From Candidatus Parcubacteria bacterium (GTDB lineage: Bacteria; Patescibacteriota; Minisyncoccia; Sungbacterales; SURF-37): a DNA stretch of 64,000 nt. The notes beneath the pieces were generated by a model. That model was not told the DNA's origin. It ran no database searches and saw only the letters and a list, made by a program, of their open reading frames with translations. Each line of letters starts with the position of its first letter. Within the stretch, counting starts at the first letter, position 1. This document shows positions 32,799 through 41,570 of this stretch, one piece after another. The stretch lies in assembly GCA_003599755.1 (NCBI GenBank), contig QZJO01000009.1, positions 22,140 through 86,139 on the forward strand, in the 5' to 3' direction. Made by a program: the position numbers and the translations under genes.

Positions 32799-32911
32799 AG
32801 CGGTTAATCACTTCGGTCTTGTCGTTTCAAATGGGAAAATTTTGTAATATCGCGCAATTTCTTTCTCCCGCGAAGGACTAAAGGACTTGCGGGCGAGGCT
32901 CTCTAGAAGTC

Positions 32912-33763
32912 CTATCTGGCAGCAATAGTGCGAGGCACATTTAAACCAGAACTGAAAAAGAGGATCTCTTTGCCCACTCGTGGTCCGCGCGCAGTATGCA
33001 AAAGATGGTGACGCTTTGATCTAAGACCGGCATAAATCTTTCGAATCTCGGCATGATCATCGTAGGAAACAATCCACCTCACCCCTTTGATGCTTCTTAC
33101 TACTTTACCGACGGCTACATGGTCATCCTTGTCGTAATGGTTCATGTATAAAGACTCGCCTTTTAGATAGTACGGAGGGTCAAGGTAGAATATTGTTTTT
33201 TTGTTCTCTAACCTCCTCGCAATTTTCCGAACTAAATCCATTGCGTCCATATGTTTGACATGGATTTTGCTTTTATGCTTGGCAATTTTCTTTATGCGCT
33301 TTATCAGCTCCTTTTTGTTGAAGCGACAATTCAGCTTGTACTCGCCCGTCTGATGAATATTCCCGATAGGGCCTCCGTTGAGAATCCCCGAGACATTTGT
33401 TCTATTCAGGAAGAAAGTAGCAAAGCCGAGCTTAAGCAAAGGTTCGTTCTCTTTATTTTGAAGAATCGCGCGCTGCCTCTTCCATGTTGTAATATTTACC
33501 CGTGTCGCGCGGATGAGTTTTATCAACTCTTCCGAGCGGTGAACTGCGGAGTACCAAAAAGCATAAATAGCCCTATCCTTATCGTTTATTGTTATCTCTG
33601 AAACGTACCCCTCAAACAAAAGGTGGAGAGCCACAGATGCACCTCCGGCATACGGCTCTACATAATGTCCGTTGATATCGTTGCGCTCACAGATTTTTGC
33701 AATAAACTTTGCGAGCTCATTTTTTCCTCCCGGATATCGAAGCGGTGAATAAAATTTTTTCAT
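32912..33763 (-). CDS. dam: DNA adenine methyltransferase (Dam/D12 class, N6-adenine)
   Basis: N-terminal LRYPGGK (motif I/FxGxG region) and DPPY catalytic motif. Confidence 0.85.
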   Translation of the reverse strand: MKKFYSPLRYPGGKNELAKFIAKICERNDINGHYVEPYAGGASVALHLLFEGYVSEITINDKDRAIYAFWYSAVHRSEELIKLIRATRVNITTWKRQRAILQNKENEPLLKLGFATFFLNRTNVSGILNGGPIGNIHQTGEYKLNCRFNKKELIKRIKKIAKHKSKIHVKHMDAMDLVRKIARRLENKKTIFYLDPPYYLKGESLYMNHYDKDDHVAVGKVVRSIKGVRWIVSYDDHAEIRKIYAGLRSKRHHLLHTARGPRVGKEILFFSSGLNVPRTIAAR

Positions 33764-35136
33764 GACAACTTGTTTGTGTCTAAGCTGCTCAGGAGATCGT
33801 TCGGCTCTTGCAGCATAAACTCGATCAAGGGTATCAGATTCTCGCCTTGTGTTCTCGCATCACTCGCGGACGCGCCTACCTTATAATTATGCACTACTTG
33901 ATGTAGCTTTTCGAGGTCGAATCCACGGAAAGCGTTTTTTGTACCAGTGTCGGTGATCAGCTCGGTAAATTTTTCTTTTAACACGGCAAAGTTGGTGTAA
34001 GTGTTTCTCCTACCATGCCTGTCGTAGAAGGCGGAATGAAAATTGTTGTACGATGCAAGCTCCTTATTTTTGTATTTCGTCTCCGCAACAACATATTTCA
34101 GCACGGCCTCAAATGTAACACGAACAAGAGCAACCTTCGCGTTCGCAAACTGCGAGTTGTCGAGGTTATAACATTCGTTAACGAGGCGCTTTAATTTCGG
34201 TGCAACTTGTTTCCGCTCATACGCCGGTCGTGTCTTTACGGATCCTCTTTTACCCGGAGTGATTGGCGTAGTTGTTGGGAGAGATGTGGGCGTTGTACCT
34301 TGCTCGACCTCTGCTTTCGGCAGTTCTTTTGGCGTAAAGCCATGGGTAGACAACCTCTTGAGAAAATCCCCGTGTTCGTGATCCACATCACCATGTGAGG
34401 TTTTAGGCTTAGCGTTAAGATATGCAACGAGGGCGCTGATATACGAAGTAAACTGCGCTTGATCTAGTATCTCGATAACGTATGCAGGCTTGCCCTTGAA
34501 CTGATAGCCGCACTGCTTACTGTACGCAAACAGACGTTCAAAAATAATGGTTTTGCCACCGGCGTTCCCTTTTCCACGACGCAACAATTTCTTTAGGTCT
34601 TCTTCTCCAATCTTTACAGCCTCGTAGTAGAAGCTAGCGAGCTTAATGAGCCGCGATGGGTTTGAGTCGATCTCGCGTATTACTTCTTCTGAGGAACCGG
34701 ATTGGTGCATTTCGTACGCTTTGAGGGCTTTTGCAATCGGATCCCATTCCCTAAAGAGGCTATGCATGTGCTGTTCTTGGATGCGTCGATCAAGCTCTTT
34801 CTCGTCGCGGTACACCAGCACAGGTAGCTGTTTTATATCTACCTTTGCGAGCTCAAGCCCGTACTTCCTTTGGTTACGTAGGGCTTTGACGGCCGCACAT
34901 CTGCGATTACCATCGCGCACAAGAAAATTCTTGCCTTTTGGCACAACCCACAAAGCTTGATCTGGGTAGAAATAACCACGATCAGAGATATTCTTTGCCA
35001 CTTCTTCAGCCGCCTCTGTATAAAGTAGGTATTCAACAAGATCTTCCTCTCTTCCGCTGCCACTATAAAGCTCTGCGAACCTATGATTATTAGGATCGAG
35101 TATGAGCTGAGTTATATTCTTATATTCGATTTTCAT
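33760..35136 (-). CDS. ParB N-terminal-domain protein (458 aa), translationally coupled to dam
   Basis: ILDPNNHRF ... LVRDGNRRCAAVKAL resembles the ParB NPxQPR and GERRxRA boxes. It overlaps the dam start by 4 nt. Confidence 0.55.
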   Translation of the reverse strand: MKIEYKNITQLILDPNNHRFAELYSGSGREEDLVEYLLYTEAAEEVAKNISDRGYFYPDQALWVVPKGKNFLVRDGNRRCAAVKALRNQRKYGLELAKVDIKQLPVLVYRDEKELDRRIQEQHMHSLFREWDPIAKALKAYEMHQSGSSEEVIREIDSNPSRLIKLASFYYEAVKIGEEDLKKLLRRGKGNAGGKTIIFERLFAYSKQCGYQFKGKPAYVIEILDQAQFTSYISALVAYLNAKPKTSHGDVDHEHGDFLKRLSTHGFTPKELPKAEVEQGTTPTSLPTTTPITPGKRGSVKTRPAYERKQVAPKLKRLVNECYNLDNSQFANAKVALVRVTFEAVLKYVVAETKYKNKELASYNNFHSAFYDRHGRRNTYTNFAVLKEKFTELITDTGTKNAFRGFDLEKLHQVVHNYKVGASASDARTQGENLIPLIEFMLQEPNDLLSSLDTNKLS

Positions 35137-35186
35137 GCTTCGTTCTAGATTTGCTATTCCGATTTTGAAAGGCTAGTACTAAAAGG

Positions 35187-38027
35187 TTATGCGCTACTGG
35201 AAGCCGTCGTACGCTTGTAAGCGCTATGTGCTCGCACAGATTTTGTTTTTACCGCTTCACGACCCACATAAACCCCGTATAGCCCAAAAAGAAATTCGAG
35301 ACGTTCCGCTTCCGTTTTGAATGAACGCTTGCCGTAGCAGGCATCAACTGCACGATCGAGCGCGCGATGTGCTTCGAGAAGTTTCAGCGGCATGGTTTCG
35401 GGATTGTAGAGATCAGCGAGCGTGGCGTTCGGGAATTGTTTTCTAGCATCAAGCACGGACTGCGCCGCTTGCTCTACTTTTTCTTTTTGCTCTTTCGTAG
35501 GATTTTCCGGCCATGGAAAGTTGTTATATACGATATCTTTTGAATAACGGTAGTCGGACTTGAGACGGCCGGCTACGGCTCGGACCCATGTCATATGCAT
35601 TTCGCTTTGAAGAACGCCGAAGTGATAGAGAGAGGCGTTAGGAACGATCTTCAAAAGATTGCTGGCAAGCGTATCCGGTTCGATAAAGCCAATTGGAATA
35701 TAATGCCGCCGCTCAGATGAAACTTCTGGTATGACTAAATATGTATCCTTCGGCATATTCTCCACATGGAATCGCGTCGGCGTTTCCGCTAATTTTCGTG
35801 TCGGAGCGCTTTTGCTCAAGCGACGGAATTCAGCTACCGCCTGAATGCGTCGAAGTACTTCAGGCATGGCCGCAATTTCTTCGGGCGCGGCGTCGCCGAG
35901 CCAGAGACACCAGCGTTCATATCCGTTCAGAAATTCATCAGCGCCGATCCAGCGCTTAAAGAATTTTTCTGCCTTCGGTTCTTTTTCAAGAAATGCTTCT
36001 TTTTCTTCTGGTGTGAAAAGATAGAGTCCCCCATCGATCGGTTTATTGCCAATTCCGATTTCCGGAACGTCCGCAATCGGCTTGCCTCGACTTTCAACCA
36101 GTACATTTGGTGCATCCACGAGATATGCATTAATCTGCTGCGCCAGAATCTCGTGCGGTTCACTGCGGATATCCGCATATTCATAAATACGGGGGCGTGG
36201 GTGCGGGGACGTGCCAAACCCGATAATGACGCAGTAGACCGCAGCTTTGCCCGGCGCTTCATTGCTCCATTTGAACGTCCGATGGGCAAAATGAATCTTG
36301 ATTCCCCGTTGATTGAGGAGCCGCCACAGCACAGCGACCTGTTCGCCCTGGGTAATCGAGTTTGTTGAGACAAAGGCACAGGCGATAGCCGTTCCTTGAA
36401 TGTATGCTGATGCCTTGGCGTACCAGCCACAGACGAAATCGAGCGTCCCGGATCCTGGCGCATTTTGAAAAAGATCCGTGATTTCCTTCCGCTGCGTATC
36501 GGACATAAGCTTCGAGCCGACGAAGGGCGGATTGCCGAGGACGTAGGTCAATTGTGATTTCGGTACGGCACTTTCCCAGTCGAGTGTGAGTGCATTATCT
36601 TCAACGATGTGCGGCTGTTCTGTGAGTGGGAGTTTGGCAAACGGCCTTCCGAAGTGGTCGCCAAGCTCGGTATTCGCAATGTGATCAGCGAGCCAAAGCG
36701 AGAGCCGGGCAATGGCCGCTGGAAATGATTCTATCTCAATGCCGAACATGCGTTCGATGGAAAGCTTCGAAATTTTCGTAATATCAAATGTTCCGGGCGC
36801 TTCACTTCCCCTGCGGATATCTTCTACTTTTTCCGCGTAGAACCGTTTGATGATCTCGAGTTCAATCCGGCGGAGTTCGCGATACGCTACCACAAGGAAA
36901 TTCCCGCAGCCGCAAGCCGGGTCAAGAAGCGCTATTGCCGCAATTTTGTTCCATAGGCGATCGAGTTTTGCATGGCTCGTACCGGCATCAGCGAGTTCTT
37001 TATGGAGATCATCGAGAAAAAGCCCGCTGATGACTTTTAGAATATTCTTTTCGGACGTATAGTGCGCTCCCAGATCATGGCGCGCTTTTTCATCCATCAC
37101 TGATTGGAACATGGATCCGAAGATGGCCGGCGATATTCCGGACCAGTCGAAGGACATACAACTCAAAATATTCTCGCGGATACTGACGGTGCCGAATACG
37201 GAAGATAGATGCTCAGCGAACAGGCCACCATTCACGTATGGCAAAGCGGCTAAATCTTCATCGAGCGTCGTCTGACGCTTTTCGATGGGCGTATTGAGAA
37301 CCTCGAATATCGCTCCGAGATGATAGCCGATATCCGAACCATCAATCTCGGTTCTATCCTCCAAGTACATTTTGAACGAGTCGCGATTGAAAATTCCGGT
37401 ATCATCAGCAAAAAAGCAGAATACCAGACGGGTGAGGAGTGTGCTTATTTCATTGGGTGGATAGTTTGATGCGCGGAGCGCGTCATAGAGCTTCCCGATC
37501 GCGCTTACCGCTTTGATCGTAATCGGGCTTTCTTCTTTGTAGGTTCTCGTCTGGAATCCGAGGATAAACGCAAAGCGACGGACGTGCTTGGGAAAATCCG
37601 AAAGCAGGCACTGGAATTGCTCGATTCCGTTTTCACCCTCTAGATCATAGAGACGGATAAGGATGAAGTTTGAAACAATGATGTAGCGCGGTTTTTCTTC
37701 TTCGGGAAGCGCATCAAAGTACGACCCCGCTTGGTCATAGGCACTGTCAAGATTTTCGCCGACCGATTTATGCTCGACAATGAGGACTCCAGGCCAAAAG
37801 AGATCAATAAAACCAGTATTTCCCTTCAGCCGTTTTACGTGCTGTTGATAGCGCGCAACGGTTCTTCGGCGGATACCAAATACCTCGAAAAATTCATTCC
37901 AAAAAGAAGCGTACTCCGCTTCTCGCTCTTCATTTTCCCATTCACGGGCGAATTGCACCGCGCGGTTCCGAATTTCGTTCCAGTTCAGCATGCACGTTTC
38001 TAATGCAGTTTCTGCCGATAAAATCAC
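35187..38027 (-). CDS. Type IIL restriction-modification enzyme, MmeI family (single-chain nuclease, methyltransferase and target-recognition)
   Basis: N-terminal PD-ExK region with FWNEFFEVFGI...GFIDLFWPGVLIVEHKS matches the MmeI-family signature. The central gamma-class N6-adenine MTase motifs are NPPF (LGNPPFVGSK) plus a SAM-binding segment. 946 aa, ~48 % GC. Confidence 0.8.
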   Translation of the reverse strand: MILSAETALETCMLNWNEIRNRAVQFAREWENEEREAEYASFWNEFFEVFGIRRRTVARYQQHVKRLKGNTGFIDLFWPGVLIVEHKSVGENLDSAYDQAGSYFDALPEEEKPRYIIVSNFILIRLYDLEGENGIEQFQCLLSDFPKHVRRFAFILGFQTRTYKEESPITIKAVSAIGKLYDALRASNYPPNEISTLLTRLVFCFFADDTGIFNRDSFKMYLEDRTEIDGSDIGYHLGAIFEVLNTPIEKRQTTLDEDLAALPYVNGGLFAEHLSSVFGTVSIRENILSCMSFDWSGISPAIFGSMFQSVMDEKARHDLGAHYTSEKNILKVISGLFLDDLHKELADAGTSHAKLDRLWNKIAAIALLDPACGCGNFLVVAYRELRRIELEIIKRFYAEKVEDIRRGSEAPGTFDITKISKLSIERMFGIEIESFPAAIARLSLWLADHIANTELGDHFGRPFAKLPLTEQPHIVEDNALTLDWESAVPKSQLTYVLGNPPFVGSKLMSDTQRKEITDLFQNAPGSGTLDFVCGWYAKASAYIQGTAIACAFVSTNSITQGEQVAVLWRLLNQRGIKIHFAHRTFKWSNEAPGKAAVYCVIIGFGTSPHPRPRIYEYADIRSEPHEILAQQINAYLVDAPNVLVESRGKPIADVPEIGIGNKPIDGGLYLFTPEEKEAFLEKEPKAEKFFKRWIGADEFLNGYERWCLWLGDAAPEEIAAMPEVLRRIQAVAEFRRLSKSAPTRKLAETPTRFHVENMPKDTYLVIPEVSSERRHYIPIGFIEPDTLASNLLKIVPNASLYHFGVLQSEMHMTWVRAVAGRLKSDYRYSKDIVYNNFPWPENPTKEQKEKVEQAAQSVLDARKQFPNATLADLYNPETMPLKLLEAHRALDRAVDACYGKRSFKTEAERLEFLFGLYGVYVGREAVKTKSVRAHSAYKRTTASSSA

Positions 38028-38334
38028 ATATTTGCTGTATTAAATCAAGAGCTCCCGCAAACCAATATGCAGTTGCATGAATTTGGCGGTTTACTTAAAA
38101 ATCTTGGAATATTTAAACCAACGAGGACTACCGCAGCTTACGGTAGTCCTCGAAGCCTCAAAAATTATTTTTTTCTCGAGGGTTTTGTATCGCCGTGTCC
38201 CGGTTTCGGAACTCTCTCTACGACATGCGTGTCGGGATAGCGACGCGCTTTCTTCACGGTCGTAAATTCGCCGTTGCGAGCATCCCGGCCACGAAGAGTA
38301 GTTTTTGAGTCCTTACTCATTACGGTTATGGACG

Positions 38335-38607
38335 CTAGAACGTCCTGCCGCGAAGCCAGGTCAATCCCTCCTGGTCATCTATTCGTCCCCACCACTCTCT
38401 CGTCAAGCCAAAAACGATGAGTTCGTCATTGCGATCGAGATGAGGGGCGAGGCGATCATAGATCTGCTGTGCGCTCAGTGAGGTATCAACGAGCCATACG
38501 GACGTGGTGTGATGCCACCACGATCCAGAAAGGCTTCGAATCGCTTCGTGAAGAGAGCTGTAATCGCGTCCCGGTGAGTGAAGAGTATAGGAGATGATGT
38601 GAATCAC
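38335..38607 (-). CDS. Hypothetical 90-aa protein
   Basis: ORF only. A 51-aa basic ORF follows at 38166-38320. Confidence 0.35.
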   Translation of the reverse strand: MIHIISYTLHSPGRDYSSLHEAIRSLSGSWWHHTTSVWLVDTSLSAQQIYDRLAPHLDRNDELIVFGLTREWWGRIDDQEGLTWLRGRTF

Positions 38608-38830
38608 CTGTTCTCAGATACTGTTGATAGCTGGAAACTGCCGCTGATATGATGGATGCACAGTAAGCGCGCCAATCGACCGGGAGTCAAACTGAAGGCC
38701 ATCATACCATTTCGTTTGATTCCGCTTGGTTGCCTGCGGTACTCAGCTTCAGTGCCCACAAAAACCGCCGCATGGCGGTTTTTGTCGATTCTAAAGAAAT
38801 ATATTTATGCGTACGTCAGGGAGGGGCATA

Positions 38831-39211
38831 TTAATTTAAATCTTTCAGGGAAATACTTTTGACCACGCTACCGTGATAAACTTTTCTCCTGTAATACAAG
38901 GCTAATCCGAGGAATAGGACGGTCAGCGTCGTAAAAACGCAGGCGCTCCACCAAAGAGCGAGCGGCTGGGAGGGCTCAATGGCGTAAGCAGTCCAGAAAC
39001 CGACTGCAATAGGTGCAATAAGCGCTACGAGCCATTGGAACAACTCGTAATGTCTAAGTTCATTCGCTTGCACAAGTTCCATGCCGATTTCATCGGGGAA
39101 TCGGACGGTTACTCTTGTTTGCCGCCCTATATGGGGAGCTGATTTATTATCAGAAGATTCTTCTTTTATGCGCCCGTTCTTCATCTTCGATCGGGATAAT
39201 TTGGTAATCAT
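38831..39211 (-). CDS. Small membrane protein downstream of lexA, candidate SOS-induced toxin
   Basis: Basic N-terminus followed by two TM helices (FQWLVALIAPIAVGFW ... CVFTTLTVLFLGLALYY). It either overlaps the lexA 3' end by 62 nt or starts at ATG 39082. Confidence 0.4.
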   Translation of the reverse strand: MITKLSRSKMKNGRIKEESSDNKSAPHIGRQTRVTVRFPDEIGMELVQANELRHYELFQWLVALIAPIAVGFWTAYAIEPSQPLALWWSACVFTTLTVLFLGLALYYRRKVYHGSVVKSISLKDLN

Positions 39212-39839
39212 CCATCCGTTCGACCTGAATCACCTGAATAACCTTTCCGAATATTTGGAAGTCCCGCCGTAGAATTATGGCTTTATGCTCGGAGTCCGAG
39301 GTAACTGGGGTGAGTACGATGGCATTATTGCCGAATGCGATTTTCTTAATCACGGCATTGTCGTCGATAATGGCAACGACGATATCTCCGGTTTGAACAT
39401 TCTGCGTCATTTCGGTAAGAACGAAATCGCCGTCGTGGATTCCGGCATCTTCCATCGACGAACCGACCGCTCGGATAACATAAACATTTTCACGGCCGGA
39501 GATCAGGCTCGCGGCCACGGGGATATATTCGTCGAACTGCCGGTCGGCAATCACGCTCGGACTGCCACACCCTGCGGAGGCGAATACTGGCACCTGCAAG
39601 ATTTCCTCGCGAGCTGGATCATCTTCGACAATTTGTATACCGCGGCGGGAAAACCGACCTCGTCGAATTAGCCCTTTACTTTCGAGTGCTTTCAAGTACT
39701 GGGTCACTGACCGAATGCTTTTGGCGCCGACTGCCTTTCCGATTTCAGCCAAAGTAGGTGCTTCTCCCCTCTGGGCAAGACATGCCTTAATAAAATCGTA
39801 AACGCATCGCTGATTTGCCGTGAGCAGAGCCGGTTTCAT
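39150..39839 (-). CDS. lexA: LexA-family repressor (S24 peptidase) with an extended C-terminal tail
   Basis: wHTH N-terminus, an Ala-Gly cleavage-site region (ASAGCG), Ser (GSSM) and Lys (IKKI) catalytic dyad context, and a ~40-aa extra C-terminal extension. Confidence 0.8.
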   Translation of the reverse strand: MKPALLTANQRCVYDFIKACLAQRGEAPTLAEIGKAVGAKSIRSVTQYLKALESKGLIRRGRFSRRGIQIVEDDPAREEILQVPVFASAGCGSPSVIADRQFDEYIPVAASLISGRENVYVIRAVGSSMEDAGIHDGDFVLTEMTQNVQTGDIVVAIIDDNAVIKKIAFGNNAIVLTPVTSDSEHKAIILRRDFQIFGKVIQVIQVERMDDYQIIPIEDEERAHKRRIF

Positions 39840-39847
39840 CGGGAGTA

Positions 39848-39884
39848 ATTATAGCATCCACCTTTTCGCATTGCAAGATCCACC
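39848..39884 (-). promoter_or_regulatory. Predicted sigma70-type promoter of lexA
   Basis: On the lexA strand: -35 TTGCAA, 17-nt spacer, -10 TATAAT ending 9 nt before the ATG, so the transcript is probably leaderless. GGTGGAT direct repeats flank the -35 box. Confidence 0.45.
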
Positions 39885-39911
39885 ATATCCTACCCAGCCG
39901 CCCAAGGCTAC

Positions 39912-40361
39912 TTACCTCCTCCGCTCCTCCCACTCCGGCACGTCTTCGCCAACAATATAGAAAAAATGGAATGCGCCGGTGGGGCCGATCCAGCGAAAGG
40001 TTTTGACCAGGATCGCGCGGCGCTTGGCGTAGGGCAGCTTCCTGATGGAACGGATGAAAGCGGCAAAGGAGCCGTGCTCTTTTTGCAGGCCCTGGATGAT
40101 GCGCGCGTTTTCTATTGTGCCGCGGATCTTCGCGCCGTTCCTAATAATGCCCGGATCGGCGAGCAAGCGCAGAACGTCACGCGCGCCCATCTTCGCCACT
40201 TTCTGAACATTGAAATTATGGAATGCCTTTCGGAAATGCGGCCACTTGTTGCGCACGACTTCCCAGGAAAACCCCGCCTGGAATACGGATTGCGCCAGCG
40301 CTTCAAGATAGCCGTTGTCGTCCTTCGGGCGCTTGGGCGTGGGAATGTAGTAGTCGTACAT
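39912..40361 (-). CDS. tag: DNA-3-methyladenine glycosylase I
   Basis: Full-length similarity to Tag, including a conserved aromatic/Glu core (FHFFYIVGED...). Confidence 0.75.
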   Translation of the reverse strand: MYDYYIPTPKRPKDDNGYLEALAQSVFQAGFSWEVVRNKWPHFRKAFHNFNVQKVAKMGARDVLRLLADPGIIRNGAKIRGTIENARIIQGLQKEHGSFAAFIRSIRKLPYAKRRAILVKTFRWIGPTGAFHFFYIVGEDVPEWEERRR

Positions 40362-40404
40362 AGCCGTATTGTTCGCCGTTTGAACTCCCTATTCGCAGCA
40401 TCAT

Positions 40405-40426
40405 CCAAACCAAAACCGCCCGCAAG
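40405..40426. repeat. 22-nt exact repeat CCAAACCAAAACCGCCCGCAAG, copy 1
   Basis: An identical 22-mer is found at 41233-41254. Both lie upstream of minus-strand transcription units. Confidence 0.6.
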
Positions 40427-40430
40427 CTCT

Positions 40431-40472
40431 AAAAAAACAACCCGCCCCGGCGCATGCGAGCGCGCGGGGCGG
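40431..40472 (-). terminator. Rho-independent terminator on the minus strand
   Basis: On the minus strand the hairpin CCGCCCCGCGCGCTCGCATGCGCCGGGGCGG is followed by TTGTTTTTTT. It lies downstream of the small membrane gene 40540-40677. Confidence 0.6.
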
Positions 40473-40539
40473 TGGCTTTTCGTCCACGAAGGTACTGCTC
40501 TGACTGGTGCAGAACCAGCGCGTGGCTAGGCTGCCGGCA

Positions 40540-40677
40540 TCACGGCGTTTTACCGGTGAGTGTACCGACGATGAGGGCGGTGACGAGAAGCAGGGTGGCG
40601 ACGATCGCGCCCCAGGAGGTGATCTGAACGAACCATCCCTCTCTTGCTCGCTCTCTCTTGAGGATATCCCTATTCAT
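40540..40677 (-). CDS. Small hydrophobic protein (45 aa)
   Basis: GAGGAGA RBS lies 6 nt before ATG 40677. The protein MNRDILKRERAREGWFVQITSWGAIVATLLLVTALIVGTLTGKTP has one TM helix. Confidence 0.45.
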   Translation of the reverse strand: MNRDILKRERAREGWFVQITSWGAIVATLLLVTALIVGTLTGKTP

Positions 40678-40693
40678 GTATTGTCTCCTCTTC

Positions 40694-41047
40694 TCAGCGA
40701 AAGAGAACTGGTGCGTGATAGATCGCCCGAACCAACCAAACAAGAGCGACGAAAATACCGATGCCCGAGAACAACCTTCGGCTGGCGAGCGCGCGAGAGC
40801 GTCTTTCTTCGAACTCCGGATCACTGAAGATCTTGACCCTCGCACTGTCGGAGCCGTCCTGGTCGATCTCTTCCAGAGCCGCAAGTCTGGCGTCGAAGAA
40901 GGCGATCCAGTTATTAGCGCGGCCCGTCGCGCTCAGGATGAGCAGGTGCACAAATAGTCCGACCAGACTGATGACGAACTTCACCCACTCCGGTTGTCCT
41001 GTACCGAATACGATGGGCAATGCCACGGTGTTAAAGACCAGGAACAT
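40694..41047 (-). CDS. Hypothetical membrane protein (117 aa)
   Basis: Three hydrophobic helices. Located immediately upstream of the 45-aa gene, probably forming an operon with it. Confidence 0.5.
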   Translation of the reverse strand: MFLVFNTVALPIVFGTGQPEWVKFVISLVGLFVHLLILSATGRANNWIAFFDARLAALEEIDQDGSDSARVKIFSDPEFEERRSRALASRRLFSGIGIFVALVWLVRAIYHAPVLFR

Positions 41048-41232
41048 CTGAACCCGGCCTCACTGCTGTTGCATGTAGCTGCTGCGGACATTGCAGAGGC
41101 CCGTGTATATGTTAGGTTCGCCGTTTTGCACGGTTGTTCCCCTTTCTCCGCTGGCGTCGCTTTATTTCCTTTACCATGTTTGAACTTAAAAATCAAGAAG
41201 ATATTTCTCGAATTGCAGGATAATTTTTAGTC

Positions 41233-41254
41233 CCAAACCAAAACCGCCCGCAAG
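41233..41254. repeat. 22-nt exact repeat CCAAACCAAAACCGCCCGCAAG, copy 2
   Basis: Second copy, about 190 nt upstream of the operon at 40540-41047. Confidence 0.6.
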
Positions 41255-41570
41255 GGGTCGCCCCCTCACCTCCTCCGGTCCTCCCATTCAAATGAGCCGT
41301 GCTCCTTTGAAGCCTCGAAACTCCTCTGCCCCTGGCCGTGTCCTATCAAATAACACGCCGGATCACGAACGGTTCGGCTGATGGGGCGCCCAAGGCCCCC
41401 GACAATGTCCGCCAGGCGGACGCCAGCGGTCGCTGGTACCCTCAAGGGGTCAGGCGGCTTTTTTTATTGCGCGAGGCGGTTGCCATTTCTCCAAAATAGT
41501 GGTTTATTTTCCATAGTCCCGCTCTTCTCAGAACCGTGCGCGGCAGTCCCACCCCCACAAGGAGGAACGC

